Notes: generated from the letters alone by a model not told the origin. 64,000 nucleotides of DNA from an uncultured Chloroflexia bacterium (GCA_963802095.1 CAWDHI010000006.1:92302-156301); one strand, 5' to 3'. Positions 1-10,801 are shown, counted from the stretch's first letter. Made by a program: numbers and translations.

Positions 1-1205
1 GCAGGACTACCCCCGGGCCGACCTCGTGGCAGCGGATGCAGCCACAGGATTGGCCTCTCCGGTTAAGCTCAGCGAGCACATCCTGGCGCAGGCTGGAGCG
101 CTTGTTGCCAGCCACGATATGCGGCGAAGGGATATCGCGGATGATGCGGTTTACCCGGCAGTAGGGCGGGATGGCGGGTTTGAGCCCGGCGATAAGGTCG
201 ATCAATTCTTCGGTTGTATAAGGTGTGTATTCCCCGGCCTGCCACTTTCGATAAAGCCTGGTGCCTTCCAGCAGCTGGGTGGGATAGATCTTGATCTCGT
301 CGGGGGCGCAATCCTCCCACAACCGGGCGAAATCCAGACGGTCCGATTCGAGTGTGGCGCCCAGGAGGTTGGGCATCCAGTGCAGCACAATCTTTAACCC
401 CCCGGCGCGCAATAGCGCGCAGGCACGGGCTGTATCCGCGGTGGTGTGTCCGCGAAGGTTGAGCGCCAGGATGCGGTCATCCAACGATTGCGCACCCATC
501 TGTACCTTGGTAACACCGAGGTTTCGCAGCCAGGCAAGGAGTTCCGGGGTGATCTCATCCGGGCGGGTCTCCACCACCAGACCCACGTTGCGGCTGGCGG
601 TGCTCTCGTTTTTGATTTGCGCCTCAGCAAGTGTAGGGGAATCGAAGCCGTTCATCGCGTCGAAGCAGCGGAGGATGTAGGTCTCCTGGTACTCGCGAGG
701 ATAGGCCGACCATGTGCCGCCCAGGATGAGCAGCTCGATCTTATCAATGGGGTGGGCGGTGGCAATGTAGGAATCGAGGCGCGAGCGCACCTGCAGGTAG
801 GGGTCAAATTGGTTCTGAAAGGCGCGCGCCGCGCCGGGCTCATCCGGCAGGTAGCTCTTGGGCATGCGGGCGTCATCCGGACAGAAGATGCATTGCCCGG
901 GGCAGGGGTGGGGCTTGGTGAGCACAGTGACGGTGGTGACGCCGGAAAGCGAGCGCATTGGCTTCATGCGCAAGCGCTCCAGCAGGGCAGGCTCGCGGTT
1001 GCCACGCGCCGCGGGCTACCAGGTCGTAATAGCAGGCGATGAGGGCGTGCTTGGGGACGTAACCGCCCTGTGGCAGGGGATGCGCACGCACGGCGCGGAA
1101 AGGCTCCCGACCGGCGCGGATCTCCTCCAGCACCACGCGGGCAAATGCGAGGAGCTCGGGGGCATAGGTACGGGCGTCGACCCACTTTTGAATATTTTTT
1201 ACCAT
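1..1205 (-). CDS. elp3: Elp3-type radical SAM/GNAT tRNA uridine-modification enzyme, N-terminal ~400 codons (continues past window start; one frame break near 1000-1010)
   Basis: ORF 873-1205 starts MVKNIQKWVDARTYAPELLAF... My minus-strand translation further down gives the radical-SAM core ...VTVLTKPHPCPGQCIFCPDDARMPKSYL... and ...GVTKVQMGAQSLDD... The frame changes between ...YYDLVARG and NREPALLERLRMKP. Confidence 0.8.
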
Positions 1206-1240
1206 GGGGATTTCTTTATCTCCACCGCTATAATAATACT

Positions 1241-2002
1241 ATGAAGGAAGCGGTCCGGCAGCAGCTTATCAACTTGAATAGCGAATTCTACGAAACCTTC
1301 GCCGCAGCGTTCGCCGCCACGCGCAGGCGCATCCAACCGGGGGTGCGGAAGGTTTTGGAAGGTATTCCCAAAAAGGGCAAATGGCTCGATCTCGGATGCG
1401 GCAGCGGGCAGCTCGCGCTGGAATGGGTGGAAGCAAAATCGCAAAGGCGCCTACCAGGGGCTGGATTTCTCGGCGGGACTGCTGGCGGAAGCAGACGAAG
1501 CCATGCAGGGCGCGGCGTTGCCTCGCGGATTGAAGGTGCGCTTCGGACAAGCCGACCTGACCCAGCCCGGCTGGTCGGAAGTGTTGAAGAGTGGGCATTA
1601 TGATGGTGCGCAGGCCTTCGCGGTGCTGCACCACATCCCTGGCGAGGAGCAGCGCGTGGAACTGCTGCGGCAGGTACGGGATTTATTAAACCTGGTGGGA
1701 TGTTCATCCACAGCGAGTGGCAATTCCAATACAGCGAAAAATTGATGGCGCGCCGGATGCCCTGGGAGTTCGTGGGGTTATCGAACGCAGATGTAGAGCC
1801 GGGCGACACGCTGATGGACTGGCGCTACGCCCTGCCCGACCAAGCGGAAAGGGTGGGCTACCGCTATGTGCACCTCTTCACCCGCGCTGAACTGGCGGAC
1901 CTGGCGGAGAAGGCAGGGTTTGAAATCGTAGATGAATACGAGTCCGACGGGGAAGGGGGCAGGCTGGGGGTGTATCAAAGATGGACGAAGATTGACCGGT
2001 AA
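1241..2002 (+). CDS. class I SAM-dependent methyltransferase (two frame breaks, near 1440 and 1688)
   Basis: MKEAVRQQL... with the SAM motif WLDLGCGSG. Three ORF pieces (1070-1603, 1503-1745, 1700-2002) join into one methyltransferase-like protein ending ...GRLGVYQRWTKIDR. Confidence 0.75.
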
Positions 2003-2038
2003 AAAGAGGGGGCAAAAAGCAGTGGAGTTGATTTGTGT

Positions 2039-2407
2039 TTACCCCAACAGCTGGCTAACTCCGAATGCGTTGCAAGCGCTGAGGATGACCGCTGTGTAAT
2101 AAAACCCGCCGATGCGCTTGTATTTGAGTTCCCCATTTTCGCAATTAACCACAAAATCGAGCCAGCTGCTGGTGAAGCCGTTCGTCTTATAGCGATAGGT
2201 CATGTGAATGCCAAGGCTCAGGACCACAAATACAACGAAGAAGACGATGGTTCTAGTCAATCCGAACAGCAGCCAATAAACCACAAGGATGCCCAGGATA
2301 AGGAAGATCTTGAAGACTTTGTACCAGGCTGGCTGCAGGGTGTGCCCTTTTACAAAATTGGTATCATGCTGAATTCCGCCGATTAACTTTTTCAGGAAGG
2401 ATGCCAT
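2039..2407 (-). CDS. hypothetical membrane protein
   Basis: ORF 2039-2458. The internal start MASFLKK avoids overlap with the upstream GNAT stop. Two clear hydrophobic helices (IFLILGILVVYWLLFGL, IVFFVVFVVLSLGI). Confidence 0.5.
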   Translation of the reverse strand: MASFLKKLIGGIQHDTNFVKGHTLQPAWYKVFKIFLILGILVVYWLLFGLTRTIVFFVVFVVLSLGIHMTYRYKTNGFTSSWLDFVVNCENGELKYKRIGGFYYTAVILSACNAFGVSQLLG

Positions 2408-2411
2408 CCTT

Positions 2412-2879
2412 TCAACAACCCAGTTTCTTGACCAATACCAGGCAGGGGTTGTTCTCATCCCAGATCTGTTTGAATTCCTCTATCGGTTCAAAGCCGAGCG
2501 CCTGGTAGAAAGCCCGGGTGACCGCGTAGCCGGGATCCGGGTGCGACGGGCCGAGGGTCTTGACCTGAAGGTATTCGACGCCTTGATCCAGCAGCCACCC
2601 TTCAGCCCTTTCATAAAGTGCACGACCGATTCCCTTGCGGTGAACCTCAGGCAGGCAGCCCATGACGAGGATCTCCGCTGAATGCGGGAAGTGCTGCTTG
2701 AGGGTGAGAAAACCAAGAACCCGGTCTTCACCGAAAGCAAGAAAGGTTGGCAGCCGGTCGATATCCGTGAGGTATTTGGTGATATCTTCTTCAATGCCGA
2801 ACCAATCGGGCAGGGAGCGCAGAATGGGTTCACAGAGGGTGGATTTTCCAAAGGAGGGGGTATCGATAACGAATTTCAC
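2412..2879 (-). CDS. GNAT family N-acetyltransferase
   Basis: 155-aa intact ORF. Acetyl-CoA binding motif ...VMGCLPEVHRKGIGRALYERAE... and C-terminal ...AFYQALGFEP. Confidence 0.85.
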   Translation of the reverse strand: MKFVIDTPSFGKSTLCEPILRSLPDWFGIEEDITKYLTDIDRLPTFLAFGEDRVLGFLTLKQHFPHSAEILVMGCLPEVHRKGIGRALYERAEGWLLDQGVEYLQVKTLGPSHPDPGYAVTRAFYQALGFEPIEEFKQIWDENNPCLVLVKKLGC

Positions 2880-2993
2880 CGGGTAATTTTACCCCTTCGA
2901 TCAAGGTGAAGCCTCATGGTCGATCGATGGATGAATGAAGACGGTGGATGCCATTCCACCGTCTTGCATATGCTTTTTTCGAGCTACCCTATC

Positions 2994-3581
2994 TCATTCC
3001 TTCACGAAAGGGATGCTCAGTGGGTAGCGGATGGGTTTATCCATCAGCGAGCGGGCTGCGTTGAAAATGCCCTCGAAGCAGCAGAAGAACCAAATCAGGA
3101 TCAATGGAAGCGGTGTCAATCCGGCGAGGATGACCGGCGCGGTGGGTCCCAGCAACTCATAACTGGCAGGGCTTATGAGAAGAATCATGGGGACGATCAA
3201 CACCACCAACCAACCCGCGAACATCAGAAGCGTCATGGTGATCTGGAAATTAAGCACAAGGCGACCCTGTTCGCGGATCCGCATGCTCTTGTTCTTTTTC
3301 CAGGACCAGATGATGATCGGGACGAGGAGTGCAAGGATGATTGTGCTCAGGTGCATGATTGAAAGCCAGAGGGGTTCGTTCCTATTCTGTTCCTCCGCGA
3401 AATCGAATTCGAGGATCTCCCGCAGCATGCTGAGCGTGTAGGTACGGGGATCGACATCCCCGCCCTCGATGCGCTGAATGGTGCGCGTGCTCACCTCGCA
3501 GGCTTCCGCCAGCTGTTCCTGCGTCAGGTTTTTCGCTTGGCGCAGCTCGGCAACTTTCAATCCAAGTTCAGGTTGTTTCAT
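2994..3581 (-). CDS. XRE-family HTH regulator fused to a C-terminal multi-TM domain
   Basis: N-terminus LKVAELRQAKNLTQEQLAEACEVSTRTIQRIEGG is a classic Cro/C1 HTH. The C-terminal half has 3-4 hydrophobic helices. Confidence 0.8.
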   Translation of the reverse strand: MKQPELGLKVAELRQAKNLTQEQLAEACEVSTRTIQRIEGGDVDPRTYTLSMLREILEFDFAEEQNRNEPLWLSIMHLSTIILALLVPIIIWSWKKNKSMRIREQGRLVLNFQITMTLLMFAGWLVVLIVPMILLISPASYELLGPTAPVILAGLTPLPLILIWFFCCFEGIFNAARSLMDKPIRYPLSIPFVKE

Positions 3582-3638
3582 TTTCTCTTCTCCTTACCAA
3601 ATTTGCACTCAGTATAGAAAGGAGATAGAACATTCACC

Positions 3639-3656
3639 ATGTCGTCAGGACGACAT
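3639..3656. promoter_or_regulatory. perfect 8-bp inverted repeat ATGTCGTC-AG-GACGACAT upstream of the XRE regulator gene (candidate operator)
   Basis: Read directly from the sequence. Lies 58-75 nt upstream of the 3581 start, flanked by direct copies of ACATTCACC. Confidence 0.35.
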
Positions 3657-3919
3657 TCACCAGACATTCCACCGAAAAGGGCGACATTTTCAACTTAGCA
3701 CGAAATGTGCTGAAATGCAATCGGGAATTTGCGGATCAAAAATCGTATAACTCACTCTCCCGAAGATGTTGAAAATTTACTCCAATAGATGTAGATGATG
3801 TCTTGAAATAATAATCTTGAAAAGCGTATTGTTGAATCGAACCCAAGGATTCTCTCTGACGTAAAAATGCAAAGCGATTGGGTTGTAAATATGAAATGGT
3901 ATATCGGGAAGGAGGCAAG

Positions 3920-4111
3920 ATGAAATTCAGAGTCCATCGTTTGGAAGTAAATGAGGATACCATTCAGGAAAAGCTGGAACAATTCCTGAATAAAATGGAA
4001 GGGGAAGTTCTGGCAATCGTGCCGAACTTCACCCCCTCGTTTCAACTCATGGGAGCAACATCCAAGGTAAATTTTTTGCTGATCATCGAAAAGGTAGAAC
4101 CCAAGCGATAA
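3920..4111 (+). CDS. small hypothetical protein (63 aa)
   Basis: ATG at 3920 is preceded by GGGAAGGAGG. MKFRVHRLEVNEDTIQEKLEQFL... No family recognised. Confidence 0.4.
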   Translation: MKFRVHRLEVNEDTIQEKLEQFLNKMEGEVLAIVPNFTPSFQLMGATSKVNFLLIIEKVEPKR

Positions 4112-4129
4112 CTTCCATCAGACTGATGC

Positions 4130-4546
4130 TCAATCCTTCGCGAACGAAAAATGCATCTGGACGATGACCCATTTGCCGCCCCGTTTTTCCAGTGTGCCCG
4201 TCCAACGGCAATCATCCCATCCCACGGGTTGCCCGTTCCACTCGGCGTGGTCATCGAGCATGCATGAATACCAGGCAACATTGCCTAGCTCCGCGGTCTT
4301 GATTCGCAGGTCCTGCACCTTAAACCCGGTTGCTTTGAATTCGTCCTTCAGCCATACCCGATCCCCCAGCTTCGCAAAGGCGTCAAAGCCGATAATTGTG
4401 GATTTAGAATCCGGATGAAAAATAAAGAAGTCATCATCCTGCGCCACAATGGAGAACAACCGGTCGATATCCTTGGTCAATGCCCAGCCGATGGCATCGT
4501 GGATGACCTGCTTGATCTCTACCATTTCTGTTTCGATTTTTTCCAT
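4130..4546 (-). CDS. SnoaL-like / NTF2-fold (DUF4440-like) protein
   Basis: MEKIETEMVEIKQVIHDAIGWALTKDIDRLFSIV...GGKWVIVQMHFS has the typical NTF2-like pattern. The start is chosen at MEKIE. Confidence 0.6.
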   Translation of the reverse strand: MEKIETEMVEIKQVIHDAIGWALTKDIDRLFSIVAQDDDFFIFHPDSKSTIIGFDAFAKLGDRVWLKDEFKATGFKVQDLRIKTAELGNVAWYSCMLDDHAEWNGQPVGWDDCRWTGTLEKRGGKWVIVQMHFSFAKD

Positions 4547-4685
4547 GGTTAACTCCTTTCGCCACAGTGTTACGCCCAAGGTAGCATAAAAAACACCGAA
4601 ATTCAATGCGGCACGGGATCATTACGAAGTACACCTGCAATTACCAGAGAAGGGGAGCAGGATAGATGTACTCCCAATGAGGTGA

Positions 4686-5111
4686 TTACGCTTCAGCAGG
4701 CTTGAGATTTACCTGCAGGTGCAGGTACTCGCCCGCAACTGCCCGGTTTTTAGGGATCTTGTTATTATCTGGAGGGAGCAGCTCCCGCGCGGAATCGACC
4801 GGCAGGATAACGGGATCGGTGGCGGCATACGTCTGCATTTTGTAGAAAATGGAGCAGCCTCCCTGCGCCAGCACGTTCTTCAGCCAGTCGGTTTTGCGGC
4901 CATAGACCAGGGCGATGAGGACCTCATTACTCAAAAAGATCGCTTCCACGGGCGTGCGGAAGGCACGGCCAGTTTTACGGCCGGTGTGCGAGATTATCGA
5001 CATTTCACTTTTGCCACTTTCGACATCCGCGATCATCCGATTCTTGAACAACTTGCTGAAGTAGCGGACGATGTTGGGTAAGCCTTTCGGTGTATTTTGT
5101 GAATCGACCAT
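4686..5111 (-). CDS. DUF385 / deazaflavin-dependent nitroreductase family protein
   Basis: ...HTGRKTGRAFRTPV...GRKTDWLKNVLAQGG... matches the family signature as I recall it. The start (MVDSQ vs MSKERK) is uncertain. Confidence 0.6.
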   Translation of the reverse strand: MVDSQNTPKGLPNIVRYFSKLFKNRMIADVESGKSEMSIISHTGRKTGRAFRTPVEAIFLSNEVLIALVYGRKTDWLKNVLAQGGCSIFYKMQTYAATDPVILPVDSARELLPPDNNKIPKNRAVAGEYLHLQVNLKPAEA

Positions 5112-5140
5112 AGCAGCTTCCTTTCGTTCCTTACTCATCT

Positions 5141-5921
5141 TCAACGGGATTGATCGGCTTTCATCCACCACAACCAGGTGGCAAACATTCCCACTGCACC
5201 TGTGATGATCACGATCCAGGGACTGGCCTGGGGTAAGGGTTCCTTGGCTTGAGCAAGAAGCAGCGGGATTGACCAGGGAAAGAACTCGCCCCAGCCGATC
5301 ACCACTGCCAGGTTGGCCATCATCAGCGCAAGCACGGCCATGCCGAGAGGAAGCAGGTACCCTCTGCCCGCGCTGGCAAAAAATGCGTACGGCAATACCA
5401 CCAGGGTGGTGAGGCCGGCGGTGAGCACAACCCTGCTGCTGCCTTCCAGTAAGATAGGGATCGACCCTCCAGGCAGCTGGAGCAAAACCCCCATCAAAAA
5501 ACCTGAAGCAAAGATAACCAGGGTGAGCAACCCCGCCCAGGCAGCGATGAGGATGAATTTCGCCAGCAGGATGCTGGAACGCCGCACGGGCACAGCCAGA
5601 AGATCCTTAATGGTGCCATCAGAAAACTCGCGACCGAAAACCCAGCTGATGCTGAGCACCAGCAGGATGAAAAACACCGGCAGAAACCATCTGGGTGAAG
5701 AGCCCGAGGTAGGCTGCCCAATCTGCACCGGAATATGCCACCAGGTTGGCTTTGGCGCTCACCAGGCCGAGCTTGTGCGAAACCTCCGGATTCCTGGCAA
5801 CAAATAGCAGGAAGGCGATGGCAATTGGCAGGAAGAGGGACCCCAGCAAGGTCCACAGCGGCATCCTTGAGCGCCAGGCTTTCCGAAATTCAACCCACAG
5901 CATCCCGGAAAGTTCACTCAT
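5141..5921 (-). CDS. ABC-2 type transporter permease (one frame break near 5700)
   Basis: ATGAGTGA overlap with the ATPase stop. Six hydrophobic segments. ORFs 5619-5936 and 5141-5728 are in different frames but form one permease. Confidence 0.7.
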
Positions 5922-6840
5922 GGTGGTTCTCTCCACTACCCACCAGGCGGAGGAAAAATTCCTCGAGGGGTTCTTCTTCCACCATCAACCTGGAGGGCGG
6001 GAAACCTGCCTCCACCAGCAGGCGGTTGATCGCTTCCGGTTTTTCGATGGAAGCCCGTTCCTGGAGCTCGAGGGTTCCATCCATTAGTCTGGTTGCGATG
6101 TGTCCGGCAGCAAGGAGCACCTTTCGCGCAGGTTCGATTTCGCGCACGTTCAGTAACAACCGGCGGCGGCGCTCGTGTTCCAACCCGGCGGCATCCATCT
6201 CGCGCAGCAATTGCCCCTGGTGGATGATCCCGACCCGGCCAGCCAGCCGCGAGACCTCCGCCAGGATATGGCTGGAGAGGAAAACCGTACCTCCCTGCCC
6301 GGCGGTGAGCTCCAGCAGCAGCTCGCGGATCTCGACTATGCCAGCCGGGTCAAGCCCGTTGGCAGGTTCATCCAGGATCAGCAAGCGGGGTTTATGGAGC
6401 ATGGCTTTGGCCAGCCCAAGGCGCTGGGCATTACCGTGCGAGAGGGTGCCAGTTCGCCGGTCGGCATAGGCTGCCAGTCCAAGGCGCTCGATGGTTTCCC
6501 CAACAGCCTTCTCCGGTGTTCCCGGGTGCAGGCGGCGGGCAACCTCCAAATTCTCCCGAACGGTTAGTTCTTCATACGCATGCGGGTCCTCGACCATATA
6601 GCCCACCGTTGCCCAGGGTTCCACGCTGCCCATGCGCACACGGGTGCCGAGGACTGTTGCGGAACCTGAGGTGGGTCGGATCATCCCCAGCAGCATGCGG
6701 ATGGTGGTGGTCTTGCCGGCTCCATTCAGTCCCAGGAAGGCATAGATCTCCCCTTCAGATACGCGCAGGGATAAACCTTCGACAGCTTGAATTTCACCGT
6801 ATCGCTTGCCGAGGGATTCGGTTTCGATCACGATTTTCAT
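5914..6840 (-). CDS. ABC transporter ATP-binding protein
   Basis: MKIVIETESLGKRYG..., Walker A GLNGAGKTT, signature LSHGNAQRL, Walker B LLILDEP. Confidence 0.9.
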   Translation of the reverse strand: MKIVIETESLGKRYGEIQAVEGLSLRVSEGEIYAFLGLNGAGKTTTIRMLLGMIRPTSGSATVLGTRVRMGSVEPWATVGYMVEDPHAYEELTVRENLEVARRLHPGTPEKAVGETIERLGLAAYADRRTGTLSHGNAQRLGLAKAMLHKPRLLILDEPANGLDPAGIVEIRELLLELTAGQGGTVFLSSHILAEVSRLAGRVGIIHQGQLLREMDAAGLEHERRRRLLLNVREIEPARKVLLAAGHIATRLMDGTLELQERASIEKPEAINRLLVEAGFPPSRLMVEEEPLEEFFLRLVGSGENHHE

Positions 6841-6866
6841 GGTTTTGGTGGATTTGATCCCGGGTA

Positions 6867-7265
6867 TCAGCTGCTCTTTATCCAGGTGGGTACATGGAAA
6901 CCGATGATGGCTGCCAGGATGGAAAGCGAGTAGAAAGGATTGCCCGGTTCGAGGACGGGGTAGATGAGAACAGCTGCCAGGAGGGGAATATAAGCTCCCA
7001 GGAGGGTGCCAATCGCCCGCGCGGGCAGGCGCGGAGCGGCATCCAGCCAGCGGAAGCGCAGCGCCACCCAACCAGCAAAGAAAGCCCCGATTGAAAAGGT
7101 GAGACCTATAATGGCGGCGAAGAGGTATTTATTCGACGGCTGAACATTCTCAAGCCCGCCTATCAGCAAGGAAAGGATGAATGTGATCACCTGGGTCATG
7201 ACCAGCTGGAAGAAAAGGATCCCCAGGATGATGAGTACGCGGACGAACATCGATCGTGTTTTCAT
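6867..7265 (-). CDS. hypothetical membrane protein, first gene of the ABC-2 operon
   Basis: 132-aa ORF with 4 hydrophobic helices, co-oriented and 27 nt upstream of the ATPase gene. Confidence 0.55.
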   Translation of the reverse strand: MKTRSMFVRVLIILGILFFQLVMTQVITFILSLLIGGLENVQPSNKYLFAAIIGLTFSIGAFFAGWVALRFRWLDAAPRLPARAIGTLLGAYIPLLAAVLIYPVLEPGNPFYSLSILAAIIGFHVPTWIKSS

Positions 7266-7482
7266 TTCACCCTCCGTATCCTATTGATTATAGCGATAAT
7301 TTCCTGCATAGTATTATAAAAGCATCCCCAAAAGGGATGGTTTACCAATGAAAAAATTCTACAACTGTACAATGACACGCCCCCGGAACGGTCTATAGTG
7401 GCATGAATGCTTGTGATTCGGATCGAAGGCGCGATGTTTGTCTGCCCTTGCGTTGAGATCCACAGTATATTTGGAGGAAGAG

Positions 7483-8173
7483 ATGGAAGGCAAACGCATG
7501 ATGCGCAGGCAAATTATTCGGACTTCGATCGTCCGCGTGGCGGGATTCATCTCTCTGATGGGGCTGATCCTGTTCGGCACGGCGGGGAGTTTTGCATACT
7601 GGCAGGCGTGGATCTACATCGCGCTGCTGAGCGTTCTGGTACTGTGGACCGGGGTCTACCTGATCCGAAACGACCCTTCGCTGCTGGAGCGGCGCATGCG
7701 CATGAAGGAAAAACAGGCAGTGCAGAAGAAGGTGGTGTTGCTCAGCTTTATCTATATCGGGCTGCTCTTCGTTCTGCCCGGACTGAACTTTCGCTTCGGT
7801 TGGTCGATCACCCCGGTGTGGGCAGTGATCGCGGGAGACGCGGTCATCGTGCTGGGCTACCTGCTGCTGCACCGGGTGCTCAAGTGACAAACACCTTCGC
7901 CTCACGGGTGATCGAGGTGGAGCAGGGGCAGAAGGTGATCGACAGCGGGCCTTATGCACGCATCCGGCACCCGATGTATTCGAGCGTGATAGCGGTCTAC
8001 CTGGCAACACCAGTTGCGCTGGGATTCTGGTGGATGGTGCTGCCGGGGTTGGTGATCGTCCCGATTCTCGCGGTGCGTATCCGCAACGAGGAGGAAGTCT
8101 CTGGAACGCGATTTACCGGGTATGAAGCGTATCTAAAAAAGGTGAAGTACCGCTTGTGCCGGGGGTGTGGTAG
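7483..8173 (+). CDS. isoprenylcysteine carboxyl methyltransferase (ICMT)-family membrane methyltransferase (at least 4 frame breaks)
   Basis: RBS GGAGGAAGAG then ATG. ...GPYARIRHPMYSSVIAVYLATPVALG... is the ICMT motif. The C-terminus reads ...RNEEEV/LERDLPG/YEAYLKKVKYRL/VPGVW-stop only by switching frames. Confidence 0.7.
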
Positions 8174-8308
8174 GAAGGACCCAGAGTTTTCGAAAAGATC
8201 GGGGACGACACCGGTCCCCGATCTGTGCAATTAAAGGGGTAATTTAATGATCAATGGAGATGTGGCGAATATTTCCGTGAACGGATCCAGCCCCAGCCCT
8301 TCGCTGGT

Positions 8309-8926
8309 TTACTTCCCTTCTGCCAGTCTCCGGATGGTGAGCAGCATCTTGCGCTCCATTACGAAGGCGACGCGGTTGAAGACCTCCCACGCCCCACCGA
8401 CCATGTTGGTGCGGGTACGCGTCTGCAGGCGGGTGGTGCCATCCGCCTGGGGGAGCAGGACGAACTGCCAGAGCTCCGCCCATTTGCCATCATCCTGGTG
8501 GCCGAAGATGACGGCCTTACCGGGCAGGATGCGCGCGACGATATAGGGCGGTGGGGCGAACTCGCCCGCGCACATCTTCATCAGGTCGCCTTCCTTCAGG
8601 TTCTGCCACTCCGGCCGAATGACCTCATCCTTGGCCATCTCGCAGCCAATAAGCCGTTCCAGCCAGGTGTAGGAGTACATGCCGGCCTTATCCGCGCCGA
8701 TCTGCAGCAGCCAGGGGTAGATCTGCTCCGGAGAGGCTTTGATGGTGACCGCGCGGTTGACCAACCTGGCGGGCGCGGGAAGGAGGTCATCCCCCGGAAG
8801 CGGTGCTTCGCGCTCGGCGGGGGTGGTTCCCCAGCGGTCCATCCAGGGGGTGAGCAGGATGACGAGCAGGACGAAGAGCAGGATGAGGGCGAGGAGGATG
8901 CCCAGGATGAGCAGCAGGGTGGTCAT
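8309..8926 (-). CDS. SRPBCC (START/polyketide-cyclase-like) family protein with N-terminal TM anchor
   Basis: MTTLLLILGILLALILLFVLLVILL then ...SPEQIYPWLLQIGADKAGMYSYTWLERL... Confidence 0.65.
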   Translation of the reverse strand: MTTLLLILGILLALILLFVLLVILLTPWMDRWGTTPAEREAPLPGDDLLPAPARLVNRAVTIKASPEQIYPWLLQIGADKAGMYSYTWLERLIGCEMAKDEVIRPEWQNLKEGDLMKMCAGEFAPPPYIVARILPGKAVIFGHQDDGKWAELWQFVLLPQADGTTRLQTRTRTNMVGGAWEVFNRVAFVMERKMLLTIRRLAEGK

Positions 8927-9037
8927 GGCATTGATCCTTTGGTGATGTAATGTGCGGGCGAACGAACGCGGCGGTATTATACCCGTCACCCGTGCAGGTT
9001 ATATAATGAACTGGAAGGATTCGACAGAAAATCATTC

Positions 9038-9948
9038 ATGGAAGCGATTCGGACCCGTTACAGGCAGGAAAAAAACGCCGCGAACGAGCGCCTTCTCTCC
9101 CATAGCGAATTATTCGAGACCACTCTGGGGGTGGTGGAGGCCGCGCAGACCGGGCAGGGAAGTGCAGTCCTTATTTCGCACGGCAGCGGCGGCGGGTATG
9201 ATATGGGGCTCTGGCTGGCGCGCTTCGTGGGAGGGCTGTACCGATATATCGCTCCCTCCAGGTTCGGATATCTTCGATCCGCCCGCTCCGGCCGATCAGA
9301 AACCGGATATCGCAAGCGGATCTCTACGCCGCACTCCTTGACCTGCTAAAGATCGATTCCGTCTTCGTCATCGGGCTTTCAGGCGGCGGCGCATCCGCGC
9401 TTCAATTTACCGTGCGTCATCCGAGCGCTGCCGTGGACTGATTCTGATCTCAGCCATCAGCCGCCAGGTGCCACCCGCTGCCGCGCGTTCTTGCGGGCGA
9501 TCTTCCCGGTGATGTTACGTCCTCGGATTTCCTGCCCTGGTTGCTTACATGCAGTCGCACCGGGCAGGATCTACCAGGCAAACGGGGTCAGCCGCGAGGT
9601 GCTCGCGCGGATCCAAAATGACGCGGAGACGATGCGCCAGCTGGAAGCGCTGTTTCCAGACCAACTTCCCCTCCACAATGCGGCGGGAGGGAATGCTCTG
9701 CGACCTGCAGCAGATGGCGAACCCCTTCTCGATTCCGCTGGAGCGCATCGCCGTGCCCAGTCTTGGTGATCCACGCGGAGGATGATCCGGTGGTGCCGAT
9801 CGCGCTGGGCGAATATTCGGCTGCCACCATCCCCGGCGCACGGTTCCTGAGGTTGAAGGATGGCGGTCACTTTGCCTGTGTCATCCACCGGCAGGAAGTA
9901 TTGCCTGTCGTTCACGAATATTTTGATAATTTGAATCTGACAGAATGA
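9038..9948 (+). CDS. alpha/beta hydrolase (multiple frame breaks)
   Basis: ...AVLISHGSGGGYDMG..., nucleophile elbow ...VFVIGLSGGGASALQF..., and C-terminus ...VIHAEDDPVVP...GGHFACV... are found in three different frames. Confidence 0.65.
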
Positions 9949-10018
9949 CGCGATGATGAGGTTGAGGCGGATAAACCACAAAAAAGGTTCCCGGTCTTTC
10001 AGCGGGTAAGCGCAAGTA

Positions 10019-10315
10019 TTACATATCCCTGCGGCCGAGGGTCGCCAGCCACGCCACAGCCCGGGCGGTATAGAGCACACCGTTATATGAACTGCTCACC
10101 AGGCAGAGCAGCGCACCGGGCAGGAAAACCACTAACCCGGCAGGTGGATCGTTGATCATCACCGCGATCGACACGAGCAGCAGCAGGAAACCCGGCAATA
10201 AAAGGTAAAACCGGTTGCGCAGTAGCAGGTTCACCAGGTAAACCTCCAGCCGCTCGCGCGCCAGCCTGCGCCGATCGTAGGGAGAAGGCCTTTGTTTTGC
10301 GGTTGGCATGTGCAC
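10019..10315 (-). CDS. hypothetical small membrane protein
   Basis: 98-aa ORF with two hydrophobic helices. No family recognised. Confidence 0.35.
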   Translation of the reverse strand: MHMPTAKQRPSPYDRRRLARERLEVYLVNLLLRNRFYLLLPGFLLLLVSIAVMINDPPAGLVVFLPGALLCLVSSSYNGVLYTARAVAWLATLGRRDM

Positions 10316-10332
10316 CCGACTACAAGATGCCT

Positions 10333-10758
10333 TACAGCCGCTTGGTCATGAAGTGACGGGTGTGACCGGGGGGAAAATCGACCAGTTCGCCGAAGACGCG
10401 GTAACCCAGCTTCTGGTAAAAACCCGGTGCCTGGAAGGAGAAGGTATCCAGGAAGACGTCGCTCACACCCCGCGGCGGGCTTCCTCCTCGGCGCGCAGGA
10501 GCAGCTTTTCGCCGTAGCCCTGCCCGCGCAGGTCATCTTTGACAAACATGAGGCTGACGTAAAGCCAATCGTAGTAGGTATCGCCGATGAGCCCGCCGAG
10601 GGTCTGCACCCGTTTCATCCCGAAGGACAACACACAGCGGGGTGGCGGCATCGCTGCCGGCGTGGCTGGAGGTTGAAGGCACTGATCCCGCCGCCGATCA
10701 CCTCCCAGGCGGCGTCGTCGGGTTTTTCGAGAAGAGTGATTTGCAGTTCTGGGTTCAT
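10333..10758 (-). CDS. GNAT family N-acetyltransferase, tandem copy 1 (frame breaks)
   Basis: MNPELQITLLEKPDD..., ...FVKDDLRGQGYGEKLLLRAEEEAR..., ...LDTFSFQAPGFYQKLGYRVFGEL...HFMTKRL-stop, assembled from three frames. Confidence 0.7.
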
Positions 10759-10801
10759 GACGGATTTCCTCTCGTGGGCTTGTGTAGGATTTTGCCCCAT
10801 A

